Shown: positions 12,543-24,000 of the stretch, piece after piece | Numbering within the stretch: position 1 is the stretch's first letter | Layout: each line of letters starts with the position of its first letter | Assembly (NCBI RefSeq): GCF_947568905.1 | Contig: NC_079164.1 | Coordinates: 3,534,001 to 3,598,000, forward strand | DNA length: 64,000 bases | DNA from: Ostrea edulis | Lineage: Eukaryota | Reading direction: 5' to 3' | The notes under the pieces: model-generated | Databases searched by the model: none | Told to the model about the DNA's origin: nothing | The model's input: the letters and a program-made list of their open reading frames with translations, nothing else | Program-made: the position numbers and the translations under genes

Positions 12543-14382
12543 AAACAAGAGGCCCAAGGGCCTAGAATCGCTCTTCTGATAAATTATACAACCCCACCAT
12601 TTCTATTCTTAGCCTCTTAGTATTCTAAATCTTTAGTTAAATCCTAAGAATTCAAAAAAAGTAGGTCAATGTGACCTACTTTTTGGTTTACACATTTTGA
12701 GAACCCAAGAAATATCAACTGACAAAGTTTGATGATTTTAAGCCAATTAGTATCTGAATATTGAAAATTAGCTGTCAAATTCCAATCGTAGGTCATGGTG
12801 ACCTACTTTCTGGTCAGCGAACTCCGAACATGCAAGACCCATCAACTGACAAAGTTTGATGACTGTAGGTCAAATAGTATCTGAAATATATAAATATAGC
12901 CGTCCAATTCCAAAAGTAGGTCAAGGTGACCTACTTTTTGGTCAACACCCTTTGAACATGCAAGACGCATCAACTGACAAAGTTTGATGACTGTAGGTCA
13001 AATAGTATCTGAAATATATAAATATAGGTGTCCAATTCAAAAAGTAGGTCAAGTTGACCTACTTTTTGGTCGAAACCCTTTGAACATGCAAGACCCATCA
13101 ACTGACAAAGTTTGATGACTGTAGGTCAAATAGTATTTGAAATATATAAATATAGCCGTCAAATTCCAAAAGTAGGTCAAGGTGACCTACTTTTTGGTCG
13201 ACACACTCCATTGACTCAAGGTGCATCAACTGTCAAAGTTTGATGATTGTAGGTCAATTAGTGACTGAAATATATAAATATAACTGTCAAATGCCAAAAG
13301 TAGGTCACAGTGACCTACTTTTTGGTCGATACACTCCGAAGACTCAAGATGCATCAACTGACAAAGTTTGATGATTGTAGGTCAAATAGTGTCTGAAATA
13401 TAGTAATTTAGCTGTCAAATACCAAAAGTAGGTCACGGTGACCTACTTTTTGGTCGACACAAACCGAAGACTGAAGACGCATCAACTGACAAAGTTTGAT
13501 GATCCTAGGTTTTACAGTGCCCAAAATATGCATCTAAAATTGAAAATGTGAAATTTGAATATCTGCAAAATTCAAAAAGTAGGTCACTGTGACCTACTTT
13601 TTTTATAAATATGTTTCAAGGCCTCAAGATGCATCAACTTACAAGATTTGATGATTCTAAACCTCTCGGTATTTGAAATAACAACTTAAAATATATCTAT
13701 AAATGATAAGCCATAAAATTCAGAAAGTAGGTCACGGTGACCTATTTTTCAGTTGACGCATTTCAAGGTCCCATGCTCCACCAACTGACAAGTTTTGATG
13801 ATCATAGGCTTCAAAGTGTCCAAGATATGCATCAAAATTAATTTTAAAATAAATACCTGCAAAATTCAAAAAGTAGGTCACCGTGACCTACTTTTGAGAC
13901 AACTTGACACAAGGTCCTAAGATGCATCAACTGTCAAAATTTGATGATCCTAGTCCTTATAATGACTAAAATATCTAAGATTTAAGGAATTTAAAAAAAA
14001 TTTAAATTTAGGTCAACTTTGAAGTGACCTTGAGACCATGCCCTTTGCCCCAGGGTAATGCCTTGAACAATTTCTAATCTACAACATATCCTCATCCTTA
14101 TGTGTAAGTTTGGTGATAATCTGCCCTGTGGTTCTTGAGAAGAAGATTTTTTAGCAACCACTACTTTTGTTTGTATTTTCCTGATTATCTCCCCTTGTTA
14201 AAGGGTCACATCCCTTTATTTAGTATGTATGAAAGCCCTTGGGCCAATGATACCCTGTAACAAATTTGAAAAAAATTGGCCAAGGGGTTCTTGAGTTATA
14301 GCCCTTTTTCTAAAAAGTTTACGCACACCGCACAAATGGCCATAGCATTAGCTCTTTGAGCCTTTGGCTCAGAAGAGCTAAT
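12543..14382 (+). mobile_element. Helentron-associated non-autonomous element (HINE/pearl-like) with a 128-bp internal tandem array
   Basis: Starts AACAAGAGGCCC, has about 10 units of 128 bp, and ends in the 3' stem-loop TAGCTCTTTGAGCCTTTGGCTCAGAAGAGCTA followed by an A-rich tract. Confidence 0.7.
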
Positions 14383-15082
14383 AAATGGTCTCTAAGATAT
14401 ACAATGGACAATGACAACATAACACACACACATCCTTCAAAAGGGAAAAAAAAATATCCATAACTTTCATGAATGTTAAGAATCTGAATCAATACAGCAA
14501 GTGTACAACTTCATTATACGATATACAGAAAGTCTTATTATCAAATCTGTTCGTCAGTGTCAAATCTGTACTCTGGGCAAATTATGTCTACCGATGGATA
14601 CACAGTTAAAGTGATTCCAGTATACCCCCTAAACTTTGCGGAGGGTGTAAAAAGCATTTTCCATTAAACAATTCTCCTCAATATGAGGAAGGATTGCACA
14701 AAAACACCATTTGTAATATATATAAAACTAAATGGCACCAAAAAATAGAAACAAACAGTTTTTGGCACTGTTTAACAATGATCACAGCAATAAACATACA
14801 TGTATACATTTTCAATGTTAACTGATTGAGAGTTTTACCTCGACTGCATAACAATAAGCACCACAGTGACACTCTACAAATCATTCAACTGGAACGTAAT
14901 GCACCACAGTGACACTCTACAAATCATTCAACTGGAACGTAACGCACCACTGATTGATATGATTGTCACACCTCAGTCATTGGAATGTGTCTGCCAAATA
15001 AATGTAGCACCTAAAACTTCCTCAAGACCATGAGGCCTCGTTCTGAAGATTCTCAATCACGGGTTAGACACCCCCCTCTTCC

Positions 15083-18000
15083 TCACGACCGCGACATCTC
15101 GTCCTGGAGGTTCTCAGCCATGGGGTTACAAAACGAGGAGTTGGGAATAACATCCTCGTCCAGATCCTCGAGATCAGCATTAGGTCGACTTCGCCTCCGG
15201 AGCTCTGTCATTGTGTGAATCGTCTGATCCCGGTTCTCCTGCTCCTCCTCCAACCAACTCTATTAATAAAGAAAATCAAAGTACTGAAAATATCAACCAA
15301 CACTATCAACAAATAATGAAGGAGTCATCAAAGGAAACAATGTCTCAATGTTGTATCATCCAACTCTATCAACAAATCAAAGTACTAAAAGTATCAACCA
15401 ACTCTATCAACAAATAATGAAGGAGTCATCAATGGAAAAAATGTCTCAATGTTGTATCATCCAACTCCATCAACAAATCATAGTACTGAAAGTATCAACC
15501 AACTCCATCAACAAATAATGAAGGAGTCATCAATGGAAAAAATCTCAATGTTGTATAATCCAACTCTATCAACAAATCAAAGTACTGAAAGTATCAACCA
15601 ACTCCATCAACAAATAATGAAGGAGTCATCAATGGAAAAAATGTCTCGATGTAGTGTCATTCAATTTAACAAATTAAGATTTAACTTTGTCACATAGTTT
15701 CTAGAGTCGGGGCATATAAAAAATGTACATGTAGGTATGAATGTACAAATGGAAACTTTCTTTCTCAAGAGGAAGATTACAAATTTTCAAATTCATATGT
15801 AAGCATGCTCTTATCAAGTTTCTTGATTCAGGAAGACAGTTTTATAAAGGAATGCAGACAATATCTATTTTTAGAAAATTTCCTTACAATGTATTGGTAA
15901 CAGTATAGTAAACTTCCTTACAATGTGTTGGTAACAATCTAGTAAACTTCCTTACAATGTATTGGTAACAGTCTAGTAAACTTCCTTACAATGTATTGTT
16001 AACAGTATAGTAAACTTTCTTACAATGTATTGGTAACAGTATAGTAAACTTCCTTACAATGTGTTGGTAACAGTGTAGTAAACTTCCTTACAATGTATTG
16101 GTAACAGTATAGTAAACTTCCTTACAATGTATTGGTAACAGTATAGTAAACTTCCTTACAATGTATTGGTAACAGTATAGTAAACTTTCTTACAATGTAT
16201 TGGTAACAGTATAGTAAACTTCCTTACAATGTATTGGTAACAGTATAGTAAACTTCCTTACAATGTGTTGGTAACAGTGTAGTAAACTTCCTTACAATGT
16301 GTTGGTAACAGTCTAGTAAACTTCCTTACAATGTATTGGTAACAGTCTAGTAAATTTCCTTACAATGTATTGGTAACAGTCTAGTAAACTTCCTTACAAT
16401 GTGTTGGTAACAGTCTAGTAAACTTCCTTACAATGTGTTGTTAACAGTATAGTAAACTTGTCTGTACGCATCCTTCTGTAGTGTAGATTCCTCTCTGTTA
16501 ATATCGTGACCTCTGGGGGTCAGTGTAATATCGTGACCTCTGGGGGTCAGTGTAGATTGCTCTCTGTTAATATCGTGACCTCTGGGGGTCAGCGTAACAC
16601 CGTGACCTCTGGGGGTCAGTGTAGGTCCACAGCAGGTGTGGTCAAAAGTTAATCAGATTTATTTCTTTGATTAAGGTAAATCGGTTGGTTAGATGTATAT
16701 TGTTTAAAGTCCTGCTAGAGAATTTTTCACTCATATGAAGATGTCAACACTGCCAGTGAAGGGCTGCAAAATTTAGGCCTATGCTCGGTGCTTAAGGCCT
16801 TTGAGCAGGGAGGGATCTTTAATTGTGCCACACCTGCTGTGACACGAGACCACGGTGACACAGGGCCTAGGTATTTGCAGTCTCATACAAAGGACCCCTG
16901 CCCCCATTTTGTCACCTCTTACGACAAGCAAGGGGTACCGAGGACCCAGACTGGGTATGTATTCCCTTCCTGTTTTGATGTTCTACAGGAAAAATAACAC
17001 TGACTTCAGAAAACAACAAGTCTGATACGAATCTTTGACATACTGACCTTGACCTCGTCGCCGTGCATCCGGAGACTGAAGTCTATTTTGTTCCTGGTCC
17101 TTTCACCTCTATACAAGTAGGGAGTCTGAAAACAGAGAAAGCAGCAATCAAAAATAAATTGTCAAAAGGAAATGCAACTTTCATTTTCAACTCCCACAGA
17201 CCTAACTGTCTTAGAAATCAAGAATTGTCAGTAAATTCATACACAATAAATTCTTAAATCCAGTAAATGTTTCATGGTAATATCCAGTCTGTCTAAGGTC
17301 AGACAGAGTCATATAGAATATCACACTCTAATGTTGATCTCGGACCTGGGATTGGCCCCGAGAGTTGATCTCGGGCTCGGGCCGAGATCACTCGAGGGGC
17401 AATCCCAGGTCCGAGATCAACATTAGAGTGTGATATTGTTTATATCATATACCTAAAACACAACAAGTTGATAAACATTTTTTTAAAAATTGGGGGGGGG
17501 GGGGGGGGTGGTTATTGACCCAAACATAAATACATGGTATACTGTACAACAATATTTGACTATTTTATTCCTTCAGTGAGTTTACTTTAATGGTTATGTT
17601 TCCAGTACTATTGGCATAGTGAAACATGCTAAAGTCTGGGTTTTGTAGCTTTATTCCACTGCTGGTCACAATAATTGGATGATTAATCATGGACATCCCC
17701 TCATGTGGTCTAGAATCTGGACGTTTCAATTAACTGAACTGCTTGGCTGAGAAACTCGTCATATCTATCGCTGTGCTGTTCATGTACATACTATTAAGCA
17801 GCTCCTAAGGGCTTGCTAATGAATACTAAAATTGGAAATAAGTGAATTATTTTTATTTCTTTTTTCGGATTTACCAAACTCGCCCGTTTTCATTATTTCA
17901 TATAATTTGTAAGAGTTGTAGAACTTTGTTTACGTGGCGTCATCGTATGAACGGGAATGTTTACAGATCTGATGCTGCTATTTATTTGCTTAGGGAATGT

Positions 18001-21000
18001 TACCTTATACTGAAGTAAGTTTTTTTTTTACCGTTTCCCATCTGTTTAGCATCTATAAGTCGTTGAAAAACGTCGGAAGATATTGGTTCTGCTTTTCTCG
18101 TTTTATTGCCAAGTCCTCGGGATTTTAGATTTCAGAAATCGTTTTAAAGCAGTTTTCTACATCAAAATTACCGTAAATTAACATTTTGATCTCCATTAGG
18201 ACCGGGAATTTCTAATAATGCTTTAGCATCACCCTCCATAATCCTCCTACTGTTTTCTGTCGCCTAGAACGTTGATTGTTTTGAAATGAAGTTAAACGTG
18301 TTATTGTTCTAAATAAACAATTGTTACTTGGGTTACCCCCCTTTGCTTAGATACTTGCTACAATTTAGCGCTGTTTTTGAAAACGTTTTTATTTAATTTT
18401 TCTGCTTAAATTAAATTTTGTCATGGAAGAAAGTATTATATTTGAAAAAAATTGTGTCTAACATCATTTTTTCATATAGTTATGTTAGATTTCAAAAGAT
18501 TAAAGAAGAAATAGCCATTTGAAATTTGAGGGCGAGACAGCCTCTTGACAACGGGCCGAGACAGAGATATCTCGGCCCTTAGGGCGAGACAGCCCTACCT
18601 ACTTGCAGCTGTCTCACCCTAGCCAAGATAGGTGTATCAGGGCTGATACACTACTAGGTATATGATATAATAAAATATCAGGTAGTAAATGTCCCATTGA
18701 TACGGTAAAGATCTATTACAACTGCTTAAGTCTGTTAGCATTTATATGTACACCATGCATGTATAACTGTTGTCGTCTTGATATACGTCTTACAGTGAAG
18801 TCAATATTACACATAAATCAGCACACTCCAGCCACCTAGAGTTTCTCAGGTGATAATCCTCTCTTATATTTATGCCACGTTTATGAGGAGCATAGAAACA
18901 CAACATTGGCAGTGTTTAACAAACAGCTGATTTAAGTGGTAGAAATAAAACGTGGAGAAAATTGCTCTTGATTTAATTAGAAAGCTTTCGTACCTGAAGA
19001 TCTGTCGAGTCTTTCTGCAGCACGATATATCGACCGGTCCACTTATGATCGCTGTTTTCACACATCTCTTTCTCTTCGTCACTCAGATAAACATGTTCAA
19101 TTTGTTTAGCATGGTCTGTAAAACAGATACTGCAGTACATTAATTACATTTTGACTTTGATATTTTAGCAATATCTATTTTAAAAGACTGGAAGTTCTGA
19201 AAGAAATGTAAATAGAATGTAAATGTGAGAAATAAACTGAATTTTTTAGGAATAGATTAGGGTATTTACTACAACACTTCACGATGACCTACTTTTCATG
19301 AATTGCTAACACGCTTCATGAAGTACCTGTATACCAGTGTGAATCATCACATACATGCACCCTCAGGTATTTTTAAAATAAAAGTTTATTTCTTAAAAAT
19401 AATCAATGAAGTGTTTTATATGCATTATAAATTTTTGCAGAAAAGTCATTAGGTTGTTCATAGGGGTATAGTGATTAATTGACTGCGATTAACTAACTGT
19501 GATTAATTAATTACTGGAGGGGTACATGTATTACACCTTTATTTGATTAATTGACTGCGATTAACTGACTGCGATTAATTAATTACTGGAGGGGTACATG
19601 TATTACACCTTTATTTCATCAATTGACTGTGATTAATTGACTGTGATTAATTGACTGCGATTAATTAACATTACCATCAATGTCCTCCAGCTTCAGTTTT
19701 CTTCTGTACTGAATACGGAAGAGGAACAACTCTAGAATAAAGGCCACCACAATCGTCATAACGACCTACAAATATAAATGTCATGAAAGAAAAACAGTAA
19801 AATATCATAGAGAGAAATTTTAGGTTTCAGAATTTGTCATGAACAAAAGAAAAATGCCAAGGTTTAAAAATGATCAAGACAATCAACAATGAATCAAACA
19901 ATAAAAATCACTGTCATTAATTCCAAAATGAATTCCAACCTACTGGTAATACATATGCACATTTCCTCACTGATTGTTCATTCTATGTCGAAGAGAGAAA
20001 TATGTGTTTTCATGATATGTACAAGCTAATAATGTGATACATATGTACACATACTAATACTTATCAGGAAGTACACAATTAACGCCACCATGAATGCAGA
20101 GAAGGTCACAACAGAAATAGATATATCAATATAAAGAACAGAATGGTCGCCACATCACAAAGAACAGAATGGTCACCACGTCACAAAGAACAGAATGGTC
20201 ACCACATCACAAAGAACAGAATGATCAGCACATCACAAAGAACAGAATGGTCACCACATCACAAAGAACAGAATGGTCGCCACATCACAAAGAACAGAAT
20301 GGTCACCACATCACAAAGAACAGAATGGTCACCACATCACAAAGAACAGAATGGTCACCACATCACAAAGAACAGAATGGTCACCACATCACAAAGAAAA
20401 GAATGGTCACAAAGAAAAGAATGGTCACAAAGAACAGAATGGTCACCACGTCACAAAGAACAGAATGGTCACAAAGAACAGAATGGTCATCACATCACAA
20501 GGAACAGAATGGTCACAAAGAACAGAATGGTCACTACGTCACAAAGAAAGAATGGTCACTACATCACAAACAACAGAATGGTCACCACATCACAAACAAC
20601 AGAATGGTCACAAAGAACAGAATGGTCACCACATCACAAAGAACAGAATGGTCACCACATCACAAAGAACAGAATGGTCACAAAGAACAGAATGGTCACC
20701 ACATCATAAAGAAAAGAATGGTCACCACATCACAAAGAACAGAATGATCACCACATCATAAAGAACAGAATGGTCACCACATCACAAAGAACAGAATGGT
20801 CACCCCATCACAAAGAACAGAATGGTCGCCACGTCACAAAGAACAGAATGGTCACCACGTCACAAAGAACAGAATGGTCACCACGTCACAAAGAACAGAA
20901 TGATCACAAAGAACAGAATTGTCACTACGTCACAAAGAACAGAATGGTCACCACATCACAAAGAACAGAATGGTCACCACGTCACAAAGAACAGAATGGT

Positions 21001-24000
21001 CACCACATCACAAAGAACAGAATGGTCACCACGTCACAAAGAACAGAATGGTCACCACATCACAAAGAACAGAATGGTCACAAAGAAAAGAATGGTCACA
21101 AAGAACAGAATGGTCACCACGTCACAAAGAACAGAATGGTCACAAAGAACAGAATGGTCACCACATCACAAGGAACAGAATGGTCACAAAGAACAGAATG
21201 GTCACTACGTCACAAAGAAAGAATGGTCACTACATCACAAACAACAGAATGGTCACCACATCACAAACAACAGAATGGTCACAAAGAACAGAATGGTCAC
21301 CACATCACAAAGAACAGAATGGTCACCACATCACAAAGAACAGAATGGTCACAAAGAACAGAATGGTCACCACATCATAAAGAAAAGAATGGTCACCACA
21401 TCACAAAGAACAGAATGGTCACCACATCATAAAGAACAGAATGGTCACCACATCACAAAGAACAGAATGGTCACCCCATCACAAAGAACAGAATGGTCGC
21501 CACGTCACAAAGAACAGAATGGTCACCAAGTCACAAAGAACAGAATGATCACAAAGAACAGAATTGTCACTACGTCACAAAGAACAGAATGGTCACCACA
21601 TCACAAAGAACAGAATGGTCACCACGTCACAAAGAACAGAATGGTCACCACATCACAAAGAACAGAATGGTCACCACGTCACAAAGAACAGAATGGTCAC
21701 CACATCACAAAGAACAGAATGGTCACCACATCACAAATTACAGAATGGTCACCACATCACAAAGAACAGAATGGTCACAAAGAACAGAATGGTCACCATA
21801 TCACAAAGAACAGAATGGTCACCACGTCACAAAGAACAGAATGGTCACCACATCACAAAGAACAGAATGGTCACCACATCACAAAGAACAGAATGGTCGC
21901 CACATCACAAAGAACAGAATGGTCACCACATCACAAAGAACGAATGGTCACAAAGAACAGAATGGTCACCACATCACAAAGAACAGAATGGTCACCACAT
22001 CACAAAGAACAGAATGGTCACAAAGAACAGAATGGTCACCACATCACAAAGAACAGAATGGTCACCACATCACAAAGAACAGAATGGTCACCACGTCACA
22101 AAAAACAATTTCGGAATGGTCGCCATGTCATAACAATCTACCAATAAATTACTGGAGGGAAAGAAAAGGCCAAACAAAATACCACCACAACACAAAACAC
22201 CGTCACGGCAATATACCAAATAATCACTGCTGAATGAAATCCATAACAACTGCCATGGCAATTATAATTAGTGCATGTATGATTTGAGAGTAACATTGAA
22301 AATTTTCATCTTATGAAAGCCATTGTTCACTGAGGCCCACAGCGAAGACTGACAATAGTTTACAAGGGGTGTATAAAATTTTCCATGTTACCTTCAACTA
22401 TATGCTCCATTGAATGTCATAAATTTATTAAAAATACAGGTATATAACAAAGCACAAAACGCCATCTGCACATCAATTTGATGCATGTGATTTATCCTAT
22501 AATACAATGTACAAGGGCTGTTCGATATGTAATGTGTATTGTACCACAGCATGATAACGCTTTGCACGATTTCGTGGATGATGATACTCTTGAATAGCTC
22601 TATTCAATACCTTTTCAATGGTATAAACATACAGCCCCATGCGACTTTTTCCTTTTTCCAAAACTTAAAAAGTTCTTATCTAGTCGTCATTACAAGTCCC
22701 GACAAGCCTCAGTCAGTGCCTCAGAGGTCTACCTAAATTAGCATACCGTGACACATTTCAGAAATGGATTCAGAGATCGAAATTATGCATTTCAAACCGC
22801 GGAGAATACTTTGAAGGGATGTAATGTTCATTTCACTATTTGAGTCGAATGCTTTTGAGATATCATACAATACACATTACATATCAAACAGCCGCTCGTA
22901 CATGTATAACAGCCGTTGTCAAGTACAGTAATGTTTCCCATTGCTAGAACTGTAAAACACACATAGTGAAATACTGGGGAGGACCAATTTTAATTTGTTA
23001 TTATTATTTAATATCATTATTGTACTTTTATATAGCGCTTTATCTAATCAAGACAATATTAGCCTAAAGTGCTTTACATGTAACACAAACTAAAACAAAG
23101 AACAAAAAATACACAGAAAAGGGCATAAAATAATACTAAAATTAACATAGTAACTATTTATAAATGTAATTTGTTACAGTATATAAGTTCATAATACGTT
23201 TAAAACTACATGGAATGAAAATCCCTTTGTAGTAGGCATGAGTTCGTTATAAGTGTGTTCGTTATAACCATGTTCTACTGTACTGTCACCCTGTAGAGAG
23301 TGCAGCTTTTACACACACAGGGAAACATGATGGGTTTTTGGCCAATCAGATTCAAATATTTTACATGAAAGTATAGATATCAGCCAATCGGATTCATAGA
23401 GAGAGAACCTTACCATCATAACTAGGTAAAATGTCATGAAGAAGGTGCGTGATACTTCTCCAATGTGATGCGCAAACCCTTCCTGTAAAATCAGAAATAC
23501 ACAGAGTTACACACCTTCCTGTAAAATCAGAAATACAGAGTTACACACCTTCCTGTAAAATCAGAAATACACAGATAGAGTTACACACCTTCCTGTAAAA
23601 TCAGAAATACACAGATAGAGTTAAACACCTTTCTGTAAATATCACAAATAAACAGTTACACACCTTCCTGTAAAATCAGAAATACACAGATAGAGTTACA
23701 CACCTTCCTGTAAAATCAGAAATACACAGATAGAGTTACACACCTTCCTGTAAAATCAGAAATACACAGATAGAGTTAAACACCTTTCTGTAAATATCAC
23801 AAATAAACAGTTACACACCTTCCTGTAAAATCAGAAATACACAGATAGAGTTACACACCTGTAAACAGTAGCATTATATCGTAAGCCTGATATGTTCAGC
23901 TTGATAGAGATACATACCATTATTATAAACCAGTTGTTGACGACTGTTAGCTCAAATAATGTCACTAAAACAGAAAATATTGAAGCAGTTTAATTAGTAC

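Noticed and set aside
15030-15697. Plus-strand ORFs overlapping the TPC1 last exon
   Set aside because: Antisense shadow of the coding exon and of the acceptor repeat; no independent support.
20143-22233. Long overlapping ORFs (up to 441 aa) in all three + frames
   Set aside because: Translation of a stop-poor 26/18-bp satellite inside a TPCN1 intron.
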